The position numbers and the translations under genes were made by a program. A DNA stretch of 64,000 nt. It comes from an uncultured Desulfosarcina sp. Its GTDB lineage: Bacteria > Desulfobacterota > Desulfobacteria > Desulfobacterales > Desulfosarcinaceae. The stretch is taken from contig CAXXWQ010000004.1 of the NCBI GenBank assembly GCA_963674945.2, positions 2,016,001 through 2,080,000 on the forward strand, written 5' to 3'. The notes beneath the pieces were generated by a model. The model did not search any database. It was not told where the DNA came from and saw nothing but the letters and a program-made list of their open reading frames with translations. Of this stretch, positions 51,808 to 61,400 are shown piece by piece (position 1 is the stretch's first letter; each line of letters opens with the position of its first letter).

Positions 51808-52101
51808 ATGACGGCTGAAAAGAACGAAATGCTAAATGTGCTTAGTACCAAATTACATGATCTTCAAAAGGACATTCATCTGCAATGCAACCTGGTCAAT
51901 TCGATCTTGAATGATAATATCGACGACAAAAGCCTTAAACAACTTATCGAACGCTGCCCCAAACGCCTGCGGGAACGCAAACTGGAGGCGGCGATCTCCG
52001 AAGCCATCGAAGTGCTGGATGCGAGCAGGAAGGCCTTTAAATCCAAACAGCTGGAGGTGTTACGGAAAAAGTTGACCCAGACGCTCATCGAAGACCGATA
52101 A
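51808..52101 (+). CDS. Hypothetical helical protein
   Basis: Strong SD AAGGAGG. C-terminal AISEAIEVLDASRKAFKSKQLEVLRKKL. Confidence 0.8.
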   Translation: MTAEKNEMLNVLSTKLHDLQKDIHLQCNLVNSILNDNIDDKSLKQLIERCPKRLRERKLEAAISEAIEVLDASRKAFKSKQLEVLRKKLTQTLIEDR

Positions 52102-52288
52102 GGCAACAAGCCACCTGGGCAACGACGAGACGATACCAGGAATGTCTTACGGGTTCCATGCCGGTTGACCGCATGGAAAAAGTGAAGGCGTAACTCGATA
52201 CGAAAATCATGCGAGGAGCGCCTTTGCTATTTTTGGGGTGTGAGAACAGGCCGCATTTTCTAAAATGCCTATTGATGGAGGAATTCTC

Positions 52289-52651
52289 ATGAGCAAAAAC
52301 TTTCAAGTCGAATTCGAAAAAAACAATGGCGACCTGCATGTCCGTCCCAGCGGCGATTTTGACGGCAGTTCCGCCTGGGAGTTGGTCAACCTGCTCCATG
52401 AACAATATGACGGGCACGGGCAAGTCTATATTGACACCGACAACCTGACGGTGTTGTGCCCTTTCGGATGCAGCACCTTTCATTGCCGCCTCAATCGACG
52501 GCTGCTTCCCGCCGAACGGATTTTCTTCAAAGGCAATAAAGGCGTCGATATCGCCCCCAAAGGAAGCACGGTCATCAATCATCCACCGAAATGCTGCTGT
52601 GGGGGTGATTGCGCCAGCTGCAAGTGCTGCCGGGGAAAGGAAAAGCATTAA
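52289..52651 (+). CDS. STAS-like small protein with Cys-rich tail
   Basis: LHVRPSGDFDGSSAWELVNLL...IDTDNL...PFG, then KCCCGGDCASCKCC. SD GGAGG. Confidence 0.75.
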   Translation: MSKNFQVEFEKNNGDLHVRPSGDFDGSSAWELVNLLHEQYDGHGQVYIDTDNLTVLCPFGCSTFHCRLNRRLLPAERIFFKGNKGVDIAPKGSTVINHPPKCCCGGDCASCKCCRGKEKH

Positions 52652-52738
52652 TCCTCGCAGATCCTTTTCTCGAACGGCTTTATTCAAGATGAGAGAAAAT
52701 GACCATTTTTCATCTGTCCGTATACGCGTGTACTGAAT

Positions 52739-53647
52739 ATGATTGACGGAAACAATATGCAAAATGAAGTGCATCGCACCTATCCCGGAAGAGAGAAATC
52801 CGCCCCGATTCCGGTTTGTGTGGAGTGTTTCCAACTGTGCCATCACCGTGACGGCGAGTCATTGCGGTGCGATGCGGCCGAAGGAAGTAGTCTCGGAATG
52901 ATTTGCTGCCTTTCAGGTAAAATAAAGATGCAGATATCCGATAACGGTCAGATCACCGAGTATTCGATCCTCGCCGGACGCTTGGGGTGTTATTCCTGCC
53001 CCCGCGGAAGTTGCCGGACCATGTGCACATCCCAAGAATGTGCTCGAATCTTGAAACTGCGATTTTCCCATACGATTTTACGAGCCTCGATGGGACACGC
53101 GGCGGATTTCCAGCAGGATACGGTCCCTGCACGCAAAGAGAGATGGGTTGGCATCGTCCGTGATATCACGCCGCAGATGAATCAGGTCATCCGCAATCTC
53201 CGGGATGCGTTGCAGTGCAGGCGAGGCACCGAACTGCTGATTCTGGCCAAAGCCATAGAGCTTTTATACCTTCATTTCAGTTCAGGTCCATGGGTCGTCG
53301 CACCGAACATCGATCCCCGTGACCACAAAGCCATTCAAAAAGCCCGATTTCTTCTGACCCACAATCTGGAGACTCCACCATCCTTGAGCGAATTGGCCGC
53401 TGCGGTCGGTATGAGTGTTTCGAAACTCAAGATGCTCTTCCCGAAAATTTGCGGGATGCCCCCATATGAGTACTTGCGGAAGATACGCATGCAGCGTGCC
53501 ATGGAGTTGTTGCATCAAGACGGGATCAATGTCACCGAAGCCGCAATGGCCGTTGGCTACAGCAGTATCAGTCACTTCTCCAAGGCATTTCACCGGGAGT
53601 ACACCATCTACCCTTCTCAAATTCGCCGTCGCCTTATCGATCCCTAA
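52739..53647 (+). CDS. AraC-family regulator (PchR/YbtA-like)
   Basis: AKAIELL, PPSLSELAAAVGMSVSKLK..F...G, YLR..RM.RA..LL, NVTEAA.AVGYSS.SHFSKAF. Confidence 0.9.
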   Translation: MIDGNNMQNEVHRTYPGREKSAPIPVCVECFQLCHHRDGESLRCDAAEGSSLGMICCLSGKIKMQISDNGQITEYSILAGRLGCYSCPRGSCRTMCTSQECARILKLRFSHTILRASMGHAADFQQDTVPARKERWVGIVRDITPQMNQVIRNLRDALQCRRGTELLILAKAIELLYLHFSSGPWVVAPNIDPRDHKAIQKARFLLTHNLETPPSLSELAAAVGMSVSKLKMLFPKICGMPPYEYLRKIRMQRAMELLHQDGINVTEAAMAVGYSSISHFSKAFHREYTIYPSQIRRRLIDP

Positions 53648-53680
53648 ACCTCCATGCCGAAACAACGGGGCTCGATTTCA

Positions 53681-53884
53681 CTTCGGATCGGCGCATTGCC
53701 TCTTCATCTTTCCTTCTATTTTCATACTCCAATGAAATGGCCTCGAGCGCTCACTTTTTGGCCGTTCGGGTTAGAAGTTTCTATTAAAGTTATGTAACTC
53801 ATACAAGAAGCGACCAGATTTGTTGGAAACCGAATCCGATTGAATTTCGACGGACCTTTTAAATCCTTTGTCCAAGGGAGGTGA
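53681..53884 (+). repeat. Duplicated regulatory leader, copy 1
   Basis: Collinear with 54909-55113. Core 53732-53775 matches 54960-55003 at 43/44 nt. Confidence 0.9.
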
Positions 53885-53969
53885 TAATCGAAACAGAGAT
53901 GATGAAGACCGAATCGGTCGAAAACCATGATCAACCCAATACGACTATCTAAGGAAAGGAGAGGGAGAA

Positions 53970-54695
53970 ATGAAAAGAGTATTTATTTTAATTGGAGCGC
54001 TGTTCCTCGTGGCCGCCACGGCCGGTGGCGCAACGGCGGCAGCCACCTATGCCGCCACGGTGGTGGACTACGACGCCTATTTCATGAACTGGGATACGAC
54101 CACTGGATTTTATCACAACGAAGTTACTGCTTACCCCGATGCCGGGGCGAATCTGGACTGGCTCCTGGGAGCGGAGGATCAAAGCGTGGCCGCCGGATGG
54201 GGCGGCGACGCCAACGGCGGAACCTTGACGCTGTACTATGACACCGCCTTTACCGCCGACGGTACCGATGCGGCCGATATCATCGTCTACGGATTCGGGT
54301 TCGCCTATAACACCCCCTTCTCTTCGGAAAAGGGCGCCATGACGGTATACGCCTCGTCCACTGGCGCGAATGATGACTGGACCGTGATCTCCGACTATGC
54401 CGGCTACGACAACGGATCCAACTGGGAAGCCAATCCGGACTTTACCGAGTCGGCACCAGGGGTTCCTTCCGTGATCATGGAGATCGATCTCGATGACGAC
54501 ATCTCAAACACCTACGATGGGGAGATCTCGTACCTCATGTTCGAACTGGGCGACGGCGACACCGGCCATGGCCGGGCTTTTTTCACCAGCGCCGTCGAGG
54601 GAGTGAATGCCGCCGTGCCCGTTCCGGGAGCCGTGTGGCTCATGGGATCCGGACTGCTCGGAGTCTTGGGCATCAAACGCAGACGATCTTGCTGA
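53970..54695 (+). CDS. PEP-CTERM-type (VPLPA-like) surface protein with uncharacterised domain
   Basis: Signal peptide. C-terminal AVPVPGAVWLMGSGLLGVLGIKRRRS (motif, TM helix, basic tail). Confidence 0.9.
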   Translation: MKRVFILIGALFLVAATAGGATAAATYAATVVDYDAYFMNWDTTTGFYHNEVTAYPDAGANLDWLLGAEDQSVAAGWGGDANGGTLTLYYDTAFTADGTDAADIIVYGFGFAYNTPFSSEKGAMTVYASSTGANDDWTVISDYAGYDNGSNWEANPDFTESAPGVPSVIMEIDLDDDISNTYDGEISYLMFELGDGDTGHGRAFFTSAVEGVNAAVPVPGAVWLMGSGLLGVLGIKRRRSC

Positions 54696-54908
54696 AACCA
54701 TCGGCGGGTCTTTACCACTATAAAATGACGGGGCCTGCCGGACCCGGTATTGTCTTTTATTCACGCAGCCATCACAACGTTGCCGTTGGAGTATTCTACA
54801 TGAGAAAAAACCTGTGGAAGCGGAGGCCGAGTGCCACCTTCACGGACGATCTCAGGCTGAGAGCCAACTATAAATACACCAATTCGGCAATCGTGTGATT
54901 CAACTTCC

Positions 54909-55113
54909 CTTTGGATCGACGATTCGCCTCTTCACCGCCCTTCATAGTTTTATATTCTTATGAAATGACCTCGAGCGCTCACTTTTTGGCCGTTCGGGTT
55001 AGATATTTCTATCAAAGTTGTGTAACCCACATAGCGTGTGGTCAGATCCGTTGATAACAGAAACCCAAACGAATTTCGGCGGACTTTCTAAATTCTTTGT
55101 CGAAGGGAGGTGA
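54909..55113 (+). repeat. Duplicated regulatory leader, copy 2
   Basis: Homologous to 53681-53884. Confidence 0.9.
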
Positions 55114-55195
55114 GAACACGGACCTAACCTGAAAGATTTTCTCGATCTGAAAAATGAATGAAAAGAAATCTTTATTAAGGAGGGAAATTGCGACA

Positions 55196-56029
55196 ATGAG
55201 AAAAAAACCAGTGTTGAGAAAAAGAATGAAAAGCATGATCGACGTGATTGGGGCTTTCTTACTGGTGGCGATGACGGCCACGGGCGCCATGGCCTATGGA
55301 GAGCCGGTCTTTGCCAACAATCAGTATGCCACCAGTGCCGAGGCCGGCTGGTTTTACATTGACGATCAGAACGGCGTCCAGGATACCTGGACCCTTCAGG
55401 GGCCGGATCAGGATTGGTCCGGGGTAGGACTCATTCAGCCCGGCGTGGTGACCTATGACAATTTCCTCGGGGCACCGGATCAGTATACATCCGGTTGGGG
55501 CGGAGCCGCGGCCGGCGGTAGCCTTGTGGTGGGGTTTGATCAGGCCATCGTCGATGGTGAGGGCATCGATTTCATGGTGCATGGTTTCGGCTTTTGCTTT
55601 AACCAGGCCTTTTCCGAGGAACGGGGAACGGTCAGCATCTATGCTGCCGAAAGTTACGACAGCAGTTCACAGGCTGCCACGGATTGGGTGCAGCTATCCA
55701 CCTGGCAGGGTTGGGGCGACTGGGACGACGATCCCAACACCGCGGACACCTGGATCGGCAACCCCGACATGAACTACGGCTCCTCGCCCGGTGCCTACGG
55801 TGAGTTCCTTTGGGGCGACCTGGCCGACGGCGGCCTGGATTCGGCCAATTATCTCATGTTCGTGCTGGGCGACGGCGGCCACTACGTCGATCCTTACAGC
55901 GGCGAACAGACCACCGGCCGCGCATTCTTTATCGATTCCGTCGAGGCCCGGGCCGTGCCCGTGCCGGGCGCAGTCTGGATGATGGGCACCGGTCTCCTGG
56001 GTCTGGTGGGGCTGCGCAGGAAAATGTAG
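55196..56029 (+). CDS. Second PEP-CTERM-type surface protein, same domain
   Basis: Signal peptide. C-terminal AVPVPGAVWMMGTGLLGLVGLRRKM. Start uncertain (55196 or 55226). Confidence 0.9.
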   Translation: MRKKPVLRKRMKSMIDVIGAFLLVAMTATGAMAYGEPVFANNQYATSAEAGWFYIDDQNGVQDTWTLQGPDQDWSGVGLIQPGVVTYDNFLGAPDQYTSGWGGAAAGGSLVVGFDQAIVDGEGIDFMVHGFGFCFNQAFSEERGTVSIYAAESYDSSSQAATDWVQLSTWQGWGDWDDDPNTADTWIGNPDMNYGSSPGAYGEFLWGDLADGGLDSANYLMFVLGDGGHYVDPYSGEQTTGRAFFIDSVEARAVPVPGAVWMMGTGLLGLVGLRRKM

Positions 56030-56069
56030 CTTCTCATCCGGGTATTTTGTAGCCCTTGGCGACAATTTT

Positions 56070-56102
56070 CATCGGACGGGTCTTTGCCCCGTCCGATGTT
56101 TT
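56070..56102 (+). terminator. Intrinsic terminator/attenuator before TonB receptor
   Basis: CATCGGACGGG-tctttgc-CCCGTCCGATG-TTTT. Confidence 0.7.
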
Positions 56103-56237
56103 CCGGGTGGCAGTCCCCGGACCTGCCGACGTGCCGGGGTAATCGCTTTTGGAAAACCGCGGTGACCGGTTTTATCCAACGGCAAACCGCATGGTCCGAG
56201 GTTTCTTTACACATAAAAGAAAGATCGACTGGACCGT

Positions 56238-58379
56238 ATGAAATCGTTTTGGGTGTCTTTGTTTGCGCTGTTCCTGCTGCCGTTTTTTTTCTGCCGAACC
56301 GCAAGTGGGGAAGAGGCCGGGACATCTTCGAAGATCGTCGATCTCGACACCATCACCGTAACCGAGAAGGCCATCTCTTCGGAGCTCCAGGGCAAGTCCA
56401 ACAGTATCACCATCATTTCCCGCGAGGATATCGATGCGGCCGCCGCCACCACGGTGGACGAGCTGCTGCGCACCTCGGTGGGGCTGGAAGTGTGGAAGCC
56501 CCAAGGGGTTTTCGGGAATGCCAGCCGCGTACGCATGCGCGGCTTCGCCGGTTCGCGGGCCACCGTTTTTCTGAAAGACGGCATGCCCGTCAACCGCATT
56601 TCCTGTGGCGAAACACTCCATAACGAAATCCCGTTGGACATGGTGGAACGTGTCGAGGTAATCCGGGGCGCCGCCGGATCCGTGTACGGCAAGGGAGCCA
56701 TGGGCGGGGTAATCAACATCGTCACCCGCAAGGCCTCGGATCGCCCCCACGCCCACGCGTCCGCCACCTACGGGACGTATGACACCCGGTCTGCGGACTT
56801 CGGTGCCGGCGGAAAGCTCGGCGACCGATTCAATCTTCAGGTCGGCTATACGCATTTCGAAAGCGACGGCTATTTCGCCTGGAACGACGACTGGATTGCC
56901 GACCGGGTGGAATCCATGGACCAGAACCTGCTGTCGTGGAACAACACCGCCGAGGGATGGTCGGTCAAGGACAATTACCTGTCCGCCCTCGAAAAACAGA
57001 GCCGCGAAATGGATACCGTCAGCGCCGCCCTGGGCGGGCGTTTGGGCGAGCGTCTGAGATTCAACGCCGGCTATACCTGGTGGCAGAACAGCAATCACAT
57101 CGGCTATACATTCGGGCATATCGATCAATTGCGCCATCGCGTGAACCTGGACTTCGCGCACCGGGGCGCTTTGGGCGTCTCCGGCAACCTGTTTGCCCTC
57201 GACGAAGCCATTGAATTTTCCCAACCCGTGCTGCCCTCGCCGGAAATGGATGCGGCGCAGGGACGTCAGACCTGGATCACACAGGGCAACAAAAGTGACA
57301 TCCCCTTGAACGACTACGGCGGCATGCTCGCCCTGGCCGTCAATATCGGCAAACACCATGCCGTCAAGCTTTCCACCGACCACCGCTACGGCGTCCTGGA
57401 AAACGAACTCTATGACGGCCTGATCGACGAAACCATCAGCATTACCCAGGCCAAGCAGTACCGATGGGGCGTTACCCTGCAGGACACGATGACGGTCCGC
57501 ACCCTGACGGCCCAGACAGGGATTCGCTTTCGGGGTGTCGAAACCTTCGATTTTTTTTACGAGGACCTGTACGAATACACCCCCTATGGGGTCGATTCCC
57601 TAAACGACACTCAATTCGATCCCTGGGTGGGGATCACCTGGAATGTCGATGACAGCACAGTGTTGCGGGCCAGCGTCTCCAAAAGCGCCACCTTCGCACC
57701 GCTATCCTACCTGCTGGGCGATTACGAACGGCCGCCGGGAAAAACCGTCATCGGCAATCCCGACCTGTGCACGGAGTGGGCCGTCAACTACGAGATCGGA
57801 GTGGAAAAATGGTTCGGCAACCGGGGGATGGTCCAACTGACCGCCTACTACAACGACATTCGCGACTGGATGCAGGAGGTCAGTGCCGCCGATCCGGCCT
57901 ATTCCTCGATTTCAGTACGCTGGGAAAACATCGAAGAGGCCGCCGCCAAGGGGATCGAGCTTGCCGTCGACGCATTTCCCAGGGAAAACCTGCGCTTGTA
58001 TGCCAATTACACCCTGAACGTTTCCGAGGTCGTCCGCTTCGAGGACAAGCACAACAACTACGACAACAAACGGCTGGAGGGCAACCAATTCCCGGACCAG
58101 GCCGAACACAAGGCCAATTTCGGGATCGCGTGGTCCCATCCCGCCATTGCCAGGTTCAATGTGTCGGTCCGGCACTCGGGGCCCCGCTATTACGATATCG
58201 AAAACACCATCAGGCTGCCCGCCTATACCGCCTGCGATCTCAAAATCATCCGGGATGTCGGCAAATACCTGCAACTCTCCTTCGAAGCCAAGGATCTTTT
58301 CGACGTGGCCTGGCAGGAAACGGCCATGCACAATACGCCGGGAAGGACCCTTTTCGGCAAGATTACGGTTACGTATTGA
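56238..58379 (+). CDS. TonB-dependent receptor
   Basis: TonB box DTITVT, plug IPLDMVERVEVIRGAAGSVYG.GAMGGVINIVT, GNPDL..E...NYEIG, C-terminal PGRTLFGKITVTY. Confidence 0.95.
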   Translation: MKSFWVSLFALFLLPFFFCRTASGEEAGTSSKIVDLDTITVTEKAISSELQGKSNSITIISREDIDAAAATTVDELLRTSVGLEVWKPQGVFGNASRVRMRGFAGSRATVFLKDGMPVNRISCGETLHNEIPLDMVERVEVIRGAAGSVYGKGAMGGVINIVTRKASDRPHAHASATYGTYDTRSADFGAGGKLGDRFNLQVGYTHFESDGYFAWNDDWIADRVESMDQNLLSWNNTAEGWSVKDNYLSALEKQSREMDTVSAALGGRLGERLRFNAGYTWWQNSNHIGYTFGHIDQLRHRVNLDFAHRGALGVSGNLFALDEAIEFSQPVLPSPEMDAAQGRQTWITQGNKSDIPLNDYGGMLALAVNIGKHHAVKLSTDHRYGVLENELYDGLIDETISITQAKQYRWGVTLQDTMTVRTLTAQTGIRFRGVETFDFFYEDLYEYTPYGVDSLNDTQFDPWVGITWNVDDSTVLRASVSKSATFAPLSYLLGDYERPPGKTVIGNPDLCTEWAVNYEIGVEKWFGNRGMVQLTAYYNDIRDWMQEVSAADPAYSSISVRWENIEEAAAKGIELAVDAFPRENLRLYANYTLNVSEVVRFEDKHNNYDNKRLEGNQFPDQAEHKANFGIAWSHPAIARFNVSVRHSGPRYYDIENTIRLPAYTACDLKIIRDVGKYLQLSFEAKDLFDVAWQETAMHNTPGRTLFGKITVTY

Positions 58380-58431
58380 GAGCATGCGGGCTGGTGAGAA
58401 AAGGGAAAAACATGATGAAAAGGATATATCG

Positions 58432-61400
58432 TTGAAAGCAGCGCGGCATTTCACAATGATACTCTTTCTGGCGCTTGCCGGGCCGGGTTTGGTGCAGGCC
58501 GGCTCGCCCTACGCAATCCTCTCCGGTGCGGGTTGGTTTCATGTCAGCGACCAGACCGTCAATATTTGGAACGATGCCGACGGCGACGGCGCGCCGGACG
58601 TGAACGGCACCCGGCACAATGTGGACGTGGACGTGATCCAAGGCCCGGACCAGGACTGGTCCGGCACGGCCCGGATCAAACCCGGCCTGGTCCATTACGA
58701 CAACTTTCTCGGCCCACGGGACACATGCACCTCCGGTTGGGGCGGGGCCGCCAGCGGCGGTGCCCTGATCGTGGGGTTTGACCAGGATTTCGAAAACGGC
58801 GATGGTACCGGCATTTACTTGGATTACGATGGCAATGAACAGGACCTGCCGGAGGGGGTGGATTTCATCGTCGAAGGCTTCGGGTTCAGTTTCAATAAGG
58901 CGTTTTCCGATGAACGCGGCACGGTCAATATCTATGCGGCCGATGCGGCCTACCGCCCCGTGGTCAGCGATGCCCACCCGGTAACGGGGCTGCGCTCTGT
59001 GACGGGTGACGAATCCCGATGGGTCAAGATATCAGGATGGCTTGGCCGTCAGCCGGACCAGACCTGGAGAGGCAACCCCAACCACAACTACGAGTCGGGG
59101 CCGGGGGCCTACGGCCTGTATCTGTGGGGCGACCTGGAAGGCTCCGGCCTCGATTCGGCCCGCTACATCAAGTTTGAGCTGGGCGATGGCGGTCACTACG
59201 AGGACCCCTACAGCGGCACCCAGAATACCGGCCGCGCCCTGTTCATCGACGCGGTCAAGACCCTGTATCATCGGCCCGTGGCCAACGCCGGCGGCGACCG
59301 TCAGGTCAGCGGGGGAACACGGGTGGAGCTGGACGGATCCGATTCCGAAGACCTGGATGACGATACGCTGACGTTCCAGTGGCACCAGACCGGCGGAGCA
59401 ACCGTCTTGCTGGAAACCCCGGATACGGCCGCCACGGCCTTTACACCAGCGAAGACCGGAGACTACACCTTTGCGCTGAACGTCAGCGACGGCACCTTCG
59501 AAAACACGGATACGGTTACGATTACCGTGGTGGATGCCGGCATCAACCAGAGTCCCGTGGCCCGGGCCGGCGAGGACTTCCAGTGCAATGTGGGTGACAC
59601 CGTCGTATTGGACGGCACGGCCTCGATGGATCCCGACGGGGACGGTCTCGAATACAACTGGCGGCAAATCACCGACGCGGACGTGGTTCTGGTCAACGCC
59701 AATTCCGGCCGGGCCAGTTTCACGGCGCCCAACATCCCCGTCTCCCCGGAGTTCGAACTGACCGTGACCGATCCTTCCGGACTGAGCGATACCGATACCG
59801 TCCGTGTGACCATCAATCGGCCGCTCATCGTGGATCTGTCAAGGACCGAAGAGACGGCCACCGAAAGCCTGCTCTTTACCCTGGACGCTTCCCGCAGTTG
59901 GGATCCGGACCTTGATGAATTGCAGTACGAATGGATACAGCGTTCAGGACCGTCGGTGACGCTGTCCGACGCCCGGGCAGTGCGATCCACCTTCATTGTA
60001 CCCGAAACGGCCGGCGAAAAAATGGTTTTCCAGGTTACCGTTTCGGACGGCAACGGGTTCGCCCCAAGCGATACGGTTACCGTTACTATCCGTGAATTGT
60101 ATATCATCACGGCGGACAACCCGGCCGCATCAGCCTTTCAGGTGGGCAGCTTCTCCTACCGCGACCAAGCGTTGGATTTGGCCAAGGCGGCCCTCGACTT
60201 CCCCGATTTCACCACGGACGGCCGAGGTGATGCTTCTGGTTTCCCGGACGGATATAGCGGCGAAATCACCCTGCGGTTCAATATCCCGGTGGCCGACGGA
60301 GACGGCGATGACCTGTCGGTGTATCATTTTGGAACCGGCAAGGCCGAACTCCAGGCCAGCATCGACGGAGAGAACTGGGTCAGCCTGGGCCGGTTGGCAT
60401 CCGTGCACGGCGACACACCCGGCATCCAGCATTTCGACTTGGCCGCCTATCCCGGACTCAGCCTGTCACGGGTCATTTCAGTCCAGTTTCTGAGGATCGT
60501 CAAGTCCGGCAACGACGCGGCGCATTATATCGACGGCGTGATCGGTCACCACACGGCCCTGACTGCCATCTACGCCGCCTACGTGGAAGAGAACAACGGC
60601 GCGGTGGACTGGGTCGACAAACAAAAGGACGCCGGCGCCAACGCCCTGGGCGAGCCCGATTATGACGCCTCCACCCCGGGCATCGGCAATTGTTCCGGCT
60701 GGATGGTCAATGCCGGGTACCTCACCGCGGGTTTCGACAACCCCCTCACCGACCGCGACGGCCCGGACCTTTTTCTTTACCACTTCGGTCAGGGGGTCAC
60801 CGACGCCGATATTTCTCTGGAAGCCACAGACGGTGCCACCACGGTGGAAGTCAGCGAGGACGGCAGCAACTGGGTCCTTCTGGGCGATCTGCCCCTGGGT
60901 GAAAACGGCGGCAACCGGCTCAGCGTGGACGCCTTCGACCTCAACGGGTATGCGGCTTTGGGAGACCTCGTGGGCGGCTACCGGGACACCCGCATCCGCT
61001 ACGTGCGCATCAACAAGAACGGGCGGGGGTACGGCGCCGGCAAATTCATCGACGCCATCGAAGGACGCTTCGGCTTTCCCGGGCTGGGCAACCCGGCCGG
61101 CGGGAACGCGGTCGTCGTGGAGGGTGTGTCCGTAGAGCTGGGGCGCAAAAATCCGGCCCGGGACGATTTTACCGAAACGGTCTATGTCTGGGAGCAACTG
61201 GACAACGGCGCGCCCCTGGTTGCCCTTTCCGCCGATGATGCCAAAAATCCCACCTTCGTTGCCCCGCCGGTGAACGATGAAGAGACCACACTGGCATTTA
61301 AACTGACCCGCATCAACGAAAACGAGTTCGGCGTTTCGGTCTCCACGGTCGCCGTGGACGTTCGGGAAAACGGCATTACCGGCTTTCCGTCCGGCAGCAC

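Noticed and set aside
53681..53969. Cobalamin or other known riboswitch before the surface-protein/TBDR genes
   Set aside because: No B12-box or other riboswitch consensus recognised by eye. An Rfam scan would be needed to exclude one formally.
56172..57383. 403-aa minus-strand ORF, and similar long antisense ORFs such as 34704-36032, 32866-34020 and 1847-2758
   Set aside because: Shadow ORFs opposite well-supported genes in GC-rich DNA, with no recognisable motifs.
58147..58431. N-terminal extension of the 1250-aa ORF
   Set aside because: It overlaps the TBDR 3' end. The SD and signal peptide point to a start near 58432.
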